DNA of 63,531 bases, counting the filler, from Choristocarpus tenellus KU-1152 (taxonomy: Eukaryota; Protista; Phaeophyceae), in assembly GCA_964200185.2 (NCBI GenBank). It is 6 parts of 6 records of this genome, joined end to end, with 100 filler letters (N's around TTAATTAATTAA, not from the genome) between each part and the next. Parts side by side here need not be neighbours in the genome. Positions count along the whole stretch, not along the records: positions 46,777 to 49,854 come from CAXNAD020022483.1; positions 49,955 to 58,346 come from CAXNAD020004771.1; positions 58,447 to 63,531 come from CAXNAD020011928.1; 3 more parts are not named here. One strand, 5' to 3'. This document shows positions 47,961 through 61,689 of this stretch, one piece after another; the first letter of the stretch is position 1, and each line of letters opens with the position of its first letter. The position numbers and the translations under genes are program-made. A model generated the notes under the pieces. That model did not search any database. It saw only the letters and a list, made by a program, of their open reading frames with translations, and was not told the DNA's origin.

Positions 47961-49599
47961 CTTTCTCCGTTCGGAATTAGATGTAATACTACTTTTTCAA
48001 CCCCAAACAAAAAAGTAATATATTTTTTCACATGTTCACATTTTATGGGTTTAATTGTGCTAAGAAAAGGTCGTCCACCAAACCTTCAGCAAAATTGGGC
48101 AGCCTACATCTATCTATATCATCCTGTCCCCGAAGCCCTACAAATTCCATCCCAGTAAAATATTTCGCCATATCCTTTCCGTTGCTACGATGGGGAATTT
48201 TGAAGACGATGTTACCCTTGGACCCCAGAACTGCACTGTAGACTGCGAAGAGGCTCTGCCAGAAGCTCTCTAGTGTCTCCCAGGGGTACACATCGAACGC
48301 CTCCACTGTAGCCTCGTTGGTCACCCCCACATCTTCTTTCAGTTGCTGGATGGAGCGAAAGAACATTGACATTGAAGTCAGGTGAGTTGGCTGGCTGGGA
48401 CTCTATGATAATGTCGCCCCCTTGGTGTGTGACTTTGCCTTGTCCTCCTGGATGAAGATGGTATGTCCTTCCAGCCTAGGCATATGAGCTTTGATTACCG
48501 GGATGACATACTCGATCATGAGCTCCTTATACCTCTCCCCGTCCACCATGGCAGGCACAAGCACCTTTGTATCCTTGGGGTGGTGTTTGCTGGAGCGCTG
48601 AGCGACCTTAGTGTCCATAATTAGGCAGATCCCGACTTTCTCATCGAACCACAACCCGTTGGAGAGCTTCCTATGGCAGGCCACAGCTGCAAGGAACGTC
48701 ACCTTCGTAATGTAACACTTGTTCTTTGCATGTGGTAGTTTGGGGGGGTCCTTAGTGGTGTGCAAGTACACACCTTGACCATTTGTCATCCACATGCACC
48801 CATTCATACAGATTGTCCACTGTCACTTCTCTCTCTTCTGCGTGTGACTGATGATAAAACCATCCTGTTGATTTTCTCCTGGTTTGAGAGGACTGGTTTA
48901 ATCCACCGCCTGACCTTCTTCACCTTATTGCAATTGCACAGATCCCAAAACGAGGCAAGGAAGTCCCCAGCTTTGGCCGTCCATTTGCGAGGATGTGTGG
49001 TGTACCAACAGGACATCCCAAATGTCGAGGATACTTGTATGGCGCCATATCGCCCCTTGTGATGTCATACAAGACTCATGCACTCACCCCGTGCGATCTT
49101 GCCGTCATACTCCTTCAGACGACAGAACATGGTGATTCGGGAAATTCCGAAGTCCTCTGCAATGGCCGTCACTGTCCTCCAAGGCATCTGAGTTTCATAC
49201 CCCCTTAACGCCAGGCATCGTGCCACCGTACCGTTCTTCATTGGGGTGTTTGAGTTCTGACCCTAGACAGACTTCTGGGTTTAACAATTGGGACCAACAG
49301 GTGACGACAAGACGAGTGAGCCGCTCAAATGACAAGGGGTCTTTTTCCTAGTCATCCCAATAATACACCTGCTTTCACATTTTCATAATAAGGTTTTTGA
49401 ACCCCGTCAAATGAGATTTGGCCGACTTTGCTCTTGTATCCTCCACAGTTGTGACAACCCACCATCTCAAGCTTTGCACGTCTCCCAATCTACATGAGAA
49501 CTATGCCTCGTCTAGAGGGTTTATCACGTGGGTCGTTCCTGGGCATTCGGGGGGGCTCGCAAAAAGCTATGTGTTACATTTAATTCCGAACGGAGGAAG
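47961..49599 (-). mobile_element. Full-length decayed Tc1/mariner transposon (family 2) with TA target-site duplication
   Basis: TA|CTTTCTCCGTTCGGAATTAGATGTAA ... TTACATTTAATTCCGAACGGAGGAAG|TA. Transposase fragments are YITKVTFLAAVA..WFDEKVGI..IFIQEDKAKSH (48403-48807) and FFRSIQ..GNIVFKIPH (48043-48372), with stops and an internal deletion. Confidence 0.92.
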
Positions 49600-49954
49600 T
49601 ATACTAATATATTTGATGTTTGGAGCTAGTCAGATTCCTCATGGCTGTGGACGTTTTGTCCTCATGTCCTGTTGTGAGATAGCCGTTTTGTTGTGGATGG
49701 GCAAGGCAAATGAATGTAGACGAAATCGCCATCGGAGTGAAAGTACCTTAGAGGGTACGAGTTTTGCCCTGTTTGTCTATTTTTGGGGCTTGGCTTTGTT
49801 AAAGTATCCCCAAAATCATCAAAGAACATAAAGGTGATAAACCTGGCGAGATTGNNNNNNNNNNNNNNNNNNNNNNNNNNNNNNNNNNNNNNNNNNNNTT
49901 AATTAATTAANNNNNNNNNNNNNNNNNNNNNNNNNNNNNNNNNNNNNNNNNNNN

Positions 49955-50555
49955 GTATGTGGTGTACCGATGGGACATCCCAAACGCCGAGGGAACTTGT
50001 ATATCGGCCACACCTCCCCTTGCAAAGTTGTACAAGGACCGTGCATTTACCCCGTGCAATCTGACTGTCATACTCCTTCAGATGGCAAAACACAGTGATT
50101 TGTAAAATTCCAAAGTCCTCCACGGTGGTTGCTGCCGTCCCCCAAGGCATCTGAGTCTCACACCCTCTTGCCCTCAGGCATCATACCACCAGGCTGTTCT
50201 TTGTTGGTATGTTTGAGTCCTGGCCCTGGACAGACTTCTGGGCCGAAGAATTGGGACTGGAGGGTAACGATAGGATGAGCAAGGTGCTCGAACAATGGGG
50301 GGCCTTTGTCCTAGGCATCTCAATAACCATCCACATCGACAATTTCAGGAGGTTTTTTAACCCCATCAAATGGGACTTGGTCGACTTTGCACTGGTGATT
50401 CTCCACAATCATGACAGTCCACCATCTCAAAATTTGCACGCCTCCTGTTCTAGATAAAAATAAGTCTCATCAAGAGAGTTTATCATGTGGGTCGTTCCCA
50501 GACGAGAACAGACCTTGCACAAGTTATGTTACATTAAATTCCAAACAGAGGATTT
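49955..50555 (-). mobile_element. 5' fragment of a second mariner family 2 copy
   Basis: Colinear similarity to 48992-49599, ending in a degraded TIR TTACATTAAATTCCAAACAGAGGA. Confidence 0.85.
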
Positions 50556-51742
50556 ACATGCATTTCTGCCTCATAGGTTTTGTTTGTCATTATCTATGGT
50601 CAGCTTTGAAGTGTGCTACATAGGGCCCTGTACCACTAAGAGCAGCCCTGTATTGCTAGGGAGTGCCTCATGGTGCTCAGAGGTACCAAGTGCCATGGAT
50701 GTTGGTGTGTGGGCCCAATTGCTTTGGTTGCTTCAATGTCTTGATAGTGAAGAAAGGGCTACTAGTCCTGGAAGGTGCCCTGCATTAACCTTTGCACTGT
50801 TTGCCATCCTACCGCAATAAAATGTGTGCTTTAAAAAAGAATATAAGAGCACTATAAGGCAACACAAAGCACACTGTAGCGCTATCAAGCACTAGATGGC
50901 ACTCCTAGTGCTCCCAGTGCTATTGGCATCATGAGAGTTGCAGAACCATGCAACTGTGATCATAAACTCAACAAATGTGCCCCTCACTTAACCATTCCAC
51001 TAATGTAATGAAGTGTTCACTGTGAGAGAACTTCAGTGATTATCTCATTTTCTGCACTCGGCTCTGAAGCTCAACAAGGCATTACATTGAGCCTTGCAGC
51101 GCCTTGTAGCGACATTTACTGCAAGGGTCAGAGATATTTTAGTGAGTACTACCTCTGGGAAGAAAGGGTCCAGCACGGAAAAAAAATATTAGAGCATGAT
51201 GGTAGAAAAGATCATACATACAGAAAACCATGTTTGAAATGCAAGGGTATGACTAAGATACTTGAGAATTGCTTGGATTCCTCTGAACTCTTGAGGTCAA
51301 AATCAGGAGCAAAGTACGGGGTTTCAGAACTTGCACAATACTTCTGGAGTAAAAACCACACATTTTCTGTGGAACCCTTCGGCATAGTTATCTGAAACAC
51401 TGCCAATCTTCCAGTTAAGAGTTGCAGTTTTTCTTGAACAAAGGTCGAGATACTATAGTACTCTTCTGTTAATCATATGGATATTCCACTGATTCCAACC
51501 CCGATCCTATCCCTAGATAATCTCTAGCCCTAACTACATATATGGCTGAATAAATCTAGGCTCAATCCTCCCAATATCCCAAGAGTCGCTCACTACATTC
51601 TCAAGGTGTTCATCATCAGTCTGAAAGTCAATACGCCAAATATGTGTTATCCTGTAATTGATCTAGTGTTTTTGGTCAAAAACTATCCCAAACCTGTCAT
51701 CACGTCAAGCCCATTATGACCATTCCTCTACATCCACTTCAG

Positions 51743-54700
51743 GCAAAGGCGTACTACATGCTTGGAGAGACATTCCTTCAGGAACTGGCAGGTGTCTGCC
51801 TGTCTGAGCAGGAGGATGAGGATAAAAGTGAAAAGAAGGAGGAATATGGTGACTCTGAAGGAAGCAAAGTGGAGGAGGGCAATGGTACTAGGAAGGGTGA
51901 GACAAGCCAAGATATAGTAAGCGACAAACACTCCTGCAGAAAGATAAGAAAAGTGGCATGATATTCAAAATTGTGTTTTATTTATAGTACTATTACCATT
52001 ACCATTACTATTACTATTACTATTTCTACTACTATTACTGTTTCTATTTCTACTACCACGACCAATACCATTACCACTATTATAACTAGTTTTATCAAAT
52101 CAATATGAATATTGTTCATCACTTTAGCCTGGGAACCATCCCCACCTGTTGAGAGAGGAACTATTCATTTTACTACCTCTCGTGCTACCTACTGTATCAA
52201 AATATTGCACTACAACCAGTTGCATTGGCTAAGTTTTCTTACTTTTTTCATTTTGGGTTCAGCCATCCTAATACCCATCACTCCACCTCCCCCTTCAAAC
52301 CTTGAGCTGGATTGTCCTCAGTGTCACTCAGCAATGGAGTCTTGCTACCTCGTTTTGGGTTTCCTGCGTTTCTGTGGTATTGACACAGATAGGATAGGAT
52401 AGTACTGAAGTGTGCACCATCCATAGTGGTTGCCATATGAACTTTGAATAATCGAAACCAGATTTCCCTGAAAAGAAATCTGATGTTGAGGACTTAAAAT
52501 TGGTATAGGCAATACTGTCCAGTAATCACTGAGCTATAAGGCTGCTTGGTATTGCAAGTGGGTCGGCGTAACAACTGGCAGCATGCAGCAATTCACAATT
52601 TTTGTCTCCAACCCAACCTATTGAAAAGTTTAAGGGAATTTTCTCCCAAGGAAAAATAAGAAAGGCATATTTTTCTGGTAAAGGATGAAGGGTTCACAAC
52701 AGCTTTTAGACAATTTTTAACATAGTTGTATGATTGGTTCCTATTGTTTGGTTGTCTGACTGAAACAATGATGTGCCCTCTGAAGACAAATGCAAAATCT
52801 CATTGCGCCCCATCATAAATACTATTACTAAGTAGCATTCAGATATAGTAATATTGCTATTCAACATACTCCATATGTACCTAAAGTTTTCTTCACCACC
52901 CTATCCTCCAAGTCTAGATATTCTCTAGAAACTCAGTAGTCTACCCTTCATATGTCAAGCTTACTCACAACCTACTGCCATCCTAAAGAATGACTTGAAT
53001 TAACACATGCACTCCGACGCTGTGGGGTGGGTTTGTATAACAGGGGGATTCTCGTTCACGCAAAATTCCCATCCACTCCCATGACATCCAACCAACCTCA
53101 TCACACTATATTTTGCTTTAAAACCCAACTTTTTATGTTGGCTATAGATTATTACGAGCAGGGTATCCTCATGAGGCCTGCTTTGGTTGCAAGTCAGCTG
53201 TCAGGGATCCCTGTGATGTATGTGTCATATGTACATTCCCATAGACTCCATCATAATTCGCAAGCGAAAGGTGTAGATTTTTTCTCTGCTTGCTGTTTAC
53301 TTCTCATTGTTGTTCTCTTTCTGAATCCTGCATAGAAGGAAGCCCAGGAGGGTCCGGAAAATCTTGGAACCTCAAAGATTCTCAACCGGGAGCCAGTGGG
53401 GTTGGAGCAGGGAATGAAAGTCTTCACAGAGGGCCCCGATTTGACCCTAGAACACTGGGAGTTGTACTTACAGCACAAATCTCAGCGGAGCTCTCCCAGG
53501 GAATCAAAGGCAAGGGGGATAAGTGTTGGGGACTGCCCACCCTTTTCTATTCTGTATGAAGGGTATGTATGGCTAGAATGTATGGGGAAGTGAAGTGTTT
53601 ATTAGCTTGGCAAGACTTTCTTGACACATGGAAGTATGGTACAATTTCCCTGTTGAAAGTTTTGGTTTTAACAAAAGATATTATGTATAGGCTATAGATT
53701 TGTTGTTCACTATTATCAGAGCAATTTGGTAGCAAAGTAGAGTCCGCATTTATATACGTTCTGCCAATTGTTAAGTATTGGAGAAAAAATAAGTACTGCC
53801 ATATTCTCACTTCGTCTTTGTCGTACATTGCATAATTTCGAAAAGAAATGACCTACAATACTGCAGTGCAAGTGTTAGAAGTAGAGGGTCTTGCTCATAT
53901 TTTATGATTTAAACATCCTGTCACAGCACATACGCTTGGAGCCCCCAAAAGGCAATGCCCTATCGTGTTTAACTGACTGAAAATGATCCTACCAATGAGT
54001 CACTTACAGGTAAGAAAGAACCAATAAAATATGGACCGAGGCAAACATTTCACCCAGAATTGTATTCGAATAAAATGTTGGGTACTTCCTAGCCGTATAT
54101 GTCAGAACTCATTGTGTGCCGGTAAATAGGGCTATGCTTGTGCAATTTTGAAAGATAACCTGAGCAAGGAACATAACCAAGCTAATCGATCACATTGTGT
54201 AGTAACTGTAGTGATTACTGCACTATCGAGTCGCTCTGTAATCATGGACTTGGTAGTCTTTCATCCTCCCTCCCTTTTTCGGCTTTTCAGTTAGCTCAGA
54301 AGAACTGCTGCAGTGATGAAGATGTTCAAGATAAAAACAAGGACCTAGCTAAGTCTATTCGCATATTCCCTACCTACTTCATCAGTATGTGTTGTTATTT
54401 GCTTTCATTTCCTCAAGAGGCATAGCCTGTGGAGAACAAACCAGTCAATAGTGCTTTCCTCATAACATAACAATTTATGGCAACAAACAGAGATTGAAGC
54501 ACTCTTTTCAATATCTGAGACGGGTGGGTGCTCTTGATGCTTCACCACTCAGAGATTATTATGTGAAATGCTATCACTACCCTCTTGTGTATGAGTCCAC
54601 ATCTACAATATAGCCATTGTGAAAGAAGGGTATGGTGGGCAATCATTCGTGCTGGATCCCACACAAAGAGAAAAGGTCAGACAAATTTTCCTATATTTTT

Positions 54701-56156
54701 GGGCTTTGAAGTAATTGAAGTCTTGCTCAGAAGTGACATTCTGGTCCTACAAACACTGAGAACAGCATCAGATGTCCAATGCAAAAGATATGGAAGATTC
54801 ATTATTTTTCTTGTGTGCATTTTTTTAATGGACTCTGGCTGATGTCGATATAGAGCTCTTGGGGTCTCAAAATAAATCATTGATTTCCCTAAAGCTCATA
54901 CTGTTGCAATCTGCATTTCTCAATAGAATCTTGTTGATGGCCACTTGCTCTTGGTGGTATTAATTGGGTGACTAGCATTATCATTCCCATATAGATAAAA
55001 CAGAAAAAAATGTTGACGTTTTTGATAAAATGATCTGGGGGCTTACAGATACTGTCGACATTGTCTGCTGAACGATAATGGCCATTGAGAAGATGAGAGG
55101 ATCCCTTCTTCCTAGCAAGAGCTTCTGATGTTCATCTCGTAAGCACCAGAACAGACCCCAAATCCTCCACTACAAACTGTCAAGTGTCCATGGGATTGAA
55201 CTCTTGCATATGGTCAAAGTAAAGGAGAGGTAACCAGAGTTGCACTTTGAGGAGAGCCAAAGTATCTTAGAGGGCAGGGCCGCGTCCATTTGGGGACCAA
55301 AATCCAATGTTGCGATTTTGATGTAATTTTGGCCATTGTGTTTGTTAGAAAGTGTCAATATCCTTGTTCTGGACACACCTTCTCATAACATATACATTTT
55401 ACCTACTTCAAAACACTTTGGAGTAGAAAAATGTCATTAAAAGCCCCATAGGATGCCAAGCCCCAAATGGACAAACAGGGCAAAACTCGTGCCCTCTAAG
55501 ATACTTTCACTCAGGATGCTGACAAATTATGCAAAATTCGACTTTTTTACAAGTGTTTATAGCTTTTTTTGCGGATTGTGTAAGAAGAATTTTCAAACTA
55601 TAGAGAAAGAAACGCTCTGAGGTTAAACTTAGAACTTCATCCATAAAAATATGGGTTAATTGCAAAATATTGAAAATCAGACTTGAAGTGCAAATCGGCC
55701 TTATTCTAGGTATCTCCTGTTTACTATTGCTCATTGATGTCACTGTTGGGGTTACATCACCTGAATATGTTGTAAATGAAGACTCAGAGATTCACTTCAA
55801 ATTAAGGAGGAAATGTCAACTTCCTTACTCATCTATTTTCACAGGTCTGGAAAATTACATTAACCAATATCTGTCATTCACTACAAACCAACATGGCTAA
55901 TGGCTAAACTGAACATCTCTCCAAGTCCTATTCAAAGCACAGTTGAGATAAGCCTAACCTTTTATCGCTGCAGGCCACTCAAGACTCTGTGACCCCTTAC
56001 ACTTCCTTCCGACTTGCTCTATTGTCAGAAAAACTTTCTGACCTAAAACGGAAAGTGTGTGGGTGTATTCTCAGAGGAATGCAGTTTTCGCAGAGAGCGG
56101 GGGAGGAAGCTCTGATTGAGAATGGGGCCGTGTATCTATGGAATCTACACCTACCA
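51743..56156 (+). CDS. Internal exons of a large helical-repeat protein, probably cilia- and flagella-associated protein 46 (CFAP46/TTC40)-like
   Basis: Exons 51743-51896 (AKAYYMLGETFLQEL), 53336-53509 (FDPRTLGV, GC donor) and 56029-56156 (KRKVCGCILRGMQ..EEALIENGAVYLWNLHLP|GTGAGT) join in phase 1/1. The family assignment rests on recalled resemblance of the ENGAVYLWN segment to CFAP46 and was not searched. Confidence 0.55.
55254..55512 (+). mobile_element. MITE of the same family with a perfect 4-bp TSD AGGA, in the CFAP46-like intron
   Basis: AGGA|GAGCCAAAGTATCTTAGAGGG ... CCCTCTAAGATACTTTCACTC|AGGA. Further partial copies lie near 34316-34440, 49735-49795 and 58447-58488. Confidence 0.9.
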
Positions 56157-57134
56157 GTGAGTACACATTTTTTTCACCTTATTGAAGTTCATCCATAGCA
56201 ATAGTTTCTACTTTGAGTATGTCTCTGGACAATCTACGAGCAATGGAAGGCTTTGCTGCAGGACATACTGTGCATCTTTTTGTTATTCTATGTGCTCTTT
56301 CTAGATTTATTATGTTTCCACATCCACGCACAGCTTTATACTCTGAAGTATATATCGAAGCAAAAGGAAGCATGGCTGTCCTTCTAAAGTATACCTGAGT
56401 GTCCATGTAGCTTCTTGCCAGAGTCCTTATTATATACTGTTCACACAACACTGATTGTTACTTTAGGTTCAGAGTTGAGACACCATGCATGATGGCAAAC
56501 CTTGCCAGGTCAGGTCTCTATAGTCGAAACAACCATGTGAACTGAAGTCGCCTAACATCTTTTTCATTATTCCAACACAGACAAAGGAAATTCTACAGCA
56601 TAGATATTGCCAGCAAATGGAGTGATAAGTAGTGGTATGGTCAGTAAATTGCTCACTACCATGTGAAATTTGACAGTCCTTTTATAATTCGTTGTGTAAA
56701 TAATCAAAATCTCTATCTGTGACCTTTGATAGGGCCCCTTCCGCAGAGCCTCTCTGGCTGTGCCTCTCTTCCCCCAACAATCCTCTTATTATTGAAGATA
56801 CCGACTTGTACGTACACGTAGTAGGTAATCTTCTTGTGGATCATCAGAGTATCGTTTTCTGCTTATATAGCACTATCGTAGATATTTTTTCTAGAAGGTG
56901 TGTGCATCCTGCACGAAAAACAAAAAAATTGTTTCCAATTAAGAGACATCCACCGAAATGTACTTGGGTGATTAGGAGTGTTTGGGACACAACACACTAT
57001 TTTCGACATCATGATGTGGCCAACACAATTTCTGAGGGTTCCAATGAACGACAGGCATCTGCATCCTTATCCAGGAGTACTTGTTTGTTGTAAGGGATAG
57101 GACACAGTGTAGTTGGGGATTGTTGTGGAGTTTT

Positions 57135-58346
57135 ATCGGATGATGACCCCACAGAATGAAATCGGGTTGAAAATCTCAGCTTTAAGAAAAGTTGGGAGTC
57201 AAGGATCATCAGGTACAAACTCGAGGTGCTTCAAGCCGTTAAAGTAGGGGTCTTTTGTAGTAATTTTGAGGCCAGAATTGGACACATTGAGGGTCAGAAC
57301 GTCGGCATGGTAACCCCAGCGTCGGCACCCCTGCGTAGGAAGGGTGCCCATGTGTCCCTGAATACCAGGGTTGCACTTGCAGTGCAGCACGCCCTCACAA
57401 TGGTCCCTGGTGAGCATAAACTGCTGTGATACGTTAGTCCGACCCTCGCAGTGGAGTTTGGAGTGTCCAAGCGCTACATGTGAGGGCTCTAGGAGGACGT
57501 TGCCAATCAGCTCTCCCATGGCCACACGCTTGACCAAGGGTTGGCTGAAGGTAGTGGGCGGCCTTTGGAGCTCACACCGGGCAAAATGGGCGCAATACAT
57601 TATATCTTCTCCGATAATTGGTCATCCAGATTGCGTCAGGTGACAATGAAGATGGCCACCAAGGGGCTAAATTATAGCACGAGCGTCATAAACAGGTTGT
57701 TGGATGATGGTTATGGGCCATGCCGAATCGCTGCTGGATCAATCCCAAGTTTAAATCGTGGCAAAAGTTATGGAGAATGAACTTTGTTTGCAACCAAGTA
57801 GACAAGAAACGTAGTGTATATACCTCCATGGCGAACACAATCCATGTGGGTGAAACTTGGTTTTACGTGATGGCTAATGAGGAAAGGGTTAGAGTATTTC
57901 CGCATGAGGACGATAGCGACCCTCCAGGGTCTCCTAATGTGCAGCACAAGAGTCATAACCCCAAAACCATGACCATTGCAGCCAACGCCTGCCCAGCTTC
58001 GGCTCACAGCTTTGATGGAAAGCTTGGTGTTTGGTGTGTGTGTGCGCCAAAAAGGGCAGACAGGACAAGCAAGAACGATAAAAAGGGGGAGGTGTATGAG
58101 CAGGACTGTACTTTAGACCATTTGCGGTACAGGAAGTGGTACACGGAGGAGTTACTGCCTGCAATCAAGACCAAGATGCCTTGGTTGCAGGGGAAGCACG
58201 TTGTCGCTCAACAAGACGGTGCCACCCCCCACATGGGTCAAGGGCAACTCAGATAGCTTGTCAGGGGTAGGAAAGACTGAGGGGTGGTCGATTAGGCTTG
58301 TGACGCAGCCATCTAACTCCCCCGACCTCAATATCATGGACCTGTG
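57135..58346 (+). mobile_element. Second, truncated copy of mariner family 1
   Basis: Clear nucleotide similarity to 27430-28630 on the opposite strand, with IHVGETWFYV, QQDGATPH and QPSNSPDLNIMDL. It is frameshifted and ends at a gap. Confidence 0.9.
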
Positions 58347-60272
58347 NNNNNNNNNNNNNNNNNNNNNNNNNNNNNNNNNNNNNNNNNNNNTTAATTAATT
58401 AANNNNNNNNNNNNNNNNNNNNNNNNNNNNNNNNNNNNNNNNNNNNCACTAAATGGACGCGGCTCTACCCTCTAAGATACTTTGACTCAGTATGCAATAG
58501 GTGAATGGTTATGTGCATACTACTGTCATCATGTTAATTGTAGGTAGTAATATGTGTAAATAGATGTTGTGTGAATGTGCGTCTGTATTGTAGTTACTTT
58601 TCTACAGTTTTTGTAGTAGGTAGATCATTTTTTTTATAGTTACTTGTTTTCTGTCAACTGCCTCAACTCAAGGATCTTCCTGCTCCTCAATCCCCTGCCT
58701 TATCTAACTTCCGAGCTCCCTTCCTCCTTTCCTTCCCTCTGTGCTGTCCCTGCCCTGATTGAAAATCCCTTCTCTCACCAGAACAGGTCCCAATCGCCCC
58801 GAGGGAGTTGGTGGCGAGGTGAGCCAGAGGAATATGACTGGGTTCCTCCTTCCCACGAGTCTGATGCTTTGTTGGCTGATACTAGGCGCAGCAGGGAGAG
58901 TTGGCTGAGGTCTGATTGCTTGGTGGTAACTGTGGCAGAGAGAGGCGAAGATGAAGGAAAATATGAAAAAGTTGAATGCTACAGATAAGGAATCATGCGC
59001 TCATAGCACCGCTACATGTATATACGTGCGTGATTCTTCAACTGTAGTATGCAACCTTTTCATCTTCTTCTTAATTTTCACCTCTCTCTGCCACAGCCAA
59101 CTCCAAGCAGTCAGATATCAGTCAGCTCTGCGTTCTGCACCCAACATCAACCAATATTGTACTAGGCTTGTGAAAAGGTTTAATTCAGACGTGTTTCTCC
59201 TACTACCTCCGCACCTAACTCTTTTGAGAGGTGATCTAGGTATATGCAGCAAGGTTTGCTGTTTGCTGTTGGCTATTCCTATCTATGAAAATAGTGTAGG
59301 AAGGGTATCAATTCAATACAGAGAGAACAATGTGTTTTTGTCCTGTTTGCCTTGTCCTTACATGGTACCACCTGCATGTAAAGAGAGGTGATAGATACAC
59401 GTATGGCGATACAGAATATGTTCTATAACTATTGTTTAGTAGGTACCATAAACATGGATTAGTATAATATAATCAATCTTTGTGATTTTCGAACTAGAAA
59501 TAGTAACACTACTACAACTACTCTATCATTTTTGATAAACATTCGAGTGTACACTCATTTCATAGAGCATGATGACCGTTTGTGGGGCGTACCACTGATC
59601 AGATGGGAAGCGGTAGGTAGTGAGGAGAGTAACCTGGTGAAGATGTGATATTTGATTTAGTTCCTGCACGCCACACAAATAGTACATTGATTTTTCATCA
59701 TATCAACATAATGGTTCTAGTATATCTAATGCGGTTCTTGATGCCAATGGTAATGCCTCTTTAATTAAGTATAGGCTTTGTTGTTTGACTCCTGCACCTC
59801 TTCGTATTTTCAGTATGTGGAGATATTTCTTGTTCTTTTCTGGTTTGTTGTGGATTTATTCATTTATCAATATTATTTTTGGGATATGTTCTTTTCTATG
59901 TTTTCTACATTTCGTTGCATTCTGTAATTCTCCTATTTTTCACGTTGTGCTCTTGTTTTTTTTCTCTCTTTGTGTATTACCTCTTTTTTGAACAGGGCTA
60001 TGAGTATATATTTTTGTCGATAATTTACCCATGAAAATGCCGACCAACCAAACCTTCGAGCACCGTGTATCCAACTCCTGCCCACCATCAATGAATCGAC
60101 GAACGAACGAACCAATCAATCAATAATCAAATATGCCATCTGCCTCCTCAAGCAAAAAATATTATTATCATCCCATCTGACATTTTGGAAATGTGTTCAG
60201 GGAAAAAACAATGACAACGATTCACATGTCAGAATAACCCCTAAAAAAGTAATAGTTATCATAAATTGTGAT

Positions 60273-60569
60273 AGCCATCTTCCACAGAAGGTATACCCTG
60301 AAGGTGACCTATCTTGAACATTATGATATTCATATGACATTTTTTCTTGCATATTGAATGTAACACCCGCTTGAAGTAAGATTGTGTGGTTTGGAGTGAC
60401 CTTACCAACACCCCCCTCTTTCAGGCACCACCTGAACACTTTTCCTGATTGATCTTTTGAGGGATTGCTCTCCCTTTTTGATTTGTCTCTCTTTGATCTT
60501 GCCTCCTGTGGGTCTTCCCGCTCCTCTTAATCTCGAAGAACCTATGGGCTTGTTTCCATCTGTTTCACA
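60273..60569 (-). repeat. About 300-bp dispersed repeat of unknown class, copy 2
   Basis: Reverse-complement match to 29174-29472. Confidence 0.85.
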
Positions 60570-60889
60570 AAATGTGAAAGACAATCTAAAAAAAGATCAT
60601 GTATACCCAATATATATATATATATTATGCCCTCTGACATTTTACAGGTGTGTCAGAAGAAAAACCAATGATATATATTATGTACTTTTTATAGAGAGGA
60701 TGCACTGAACTGTGGTAACGTACTTGTCTAATTATCATCAATATATGTATTACTATGCCCTTTCACATGTTGGAGATGTGTCAAGGAAAAAGCGAGTTCA
60801 ACATCGTAAGGACCCCTATAAACATAACAGTTGTCGAAAATGTGAAGATATCTGTCTAAAGTCTTTTTCTCTTTGACTACCAGATATAC

Positions 60890-61225
60890 TACACCACCCC
60901 CCTCCTATGCCTCCAACCTAGCTTAGCCCTACACCACAGGGCGAGGAGTTGGGGAAGTATCCCAAGAACCTGACAGGTCCATCTTTCCCCATCTCCCTGG
61001 TGTCTCCAACTAAGAACGCATGGCAGGTCTTGATATACCCACTTGTGTTAAGGCAGACACTCTCTGTCATAAGCCGGATTTGACAGCTCCTTTCCTGCTG
61101 TAACTCTCCGTTCCACTCCCCCCTACCGTACGCATAGCCAACTCATCCAGAACACTTTCTGCTTGCTTACTGAGGCGTCCAAAACTATCCACCGGAAATG
61201 AAATATCGTCCTTCCAGCCCCCATC
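60890..61225 (-). mobile_element. 3' remnant of the same RLE-type LINE family
   Basis: Minus strand reads FPVDSFGRLSKQAESVLDELAMRTVGG, an (E/D)SFGRL endonuclease-tail motif, followed by a degraded TQV.ISR segment. Confidence 0.65.
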
Positions 61226-61689
61226 TGTCACAAGCAAACATGCTCATACATATGTAGCGCATACTGTAAGAGTAGACTATTACAGTGTATAGGGATAAAT
61301 GATACAATTGTGGTGTACATAATTCAATGCAGACAATTAAAGAACACAATATTACAATGAGGTTGTGTGATATGTGTAGTACAATATGCTATGTATTGCT
61401 CACGAACTCTGGATTATTATTAGTATCACTCTATTCCTTGTTTGCCATTCCTCTATTCTCCATTCCTCTCCTGGTTTCCTATTTACCCACTTGATGACCA
61501 ACCAGTGTGAATGCCCTTTGTTACTGATTGCCAGCCATCCCCCACCTTCGATGATCAAACAGTGTGAATGCCCTTCATCACTGATTGCCAGCCATCCTTT
61601 CAACCCACACAAGTTACCATTCCCCTCAACCCCACAGCAGTTCTCACACCACTCCACAATCATCCAAGAACACCCCTTCATGATCCACT

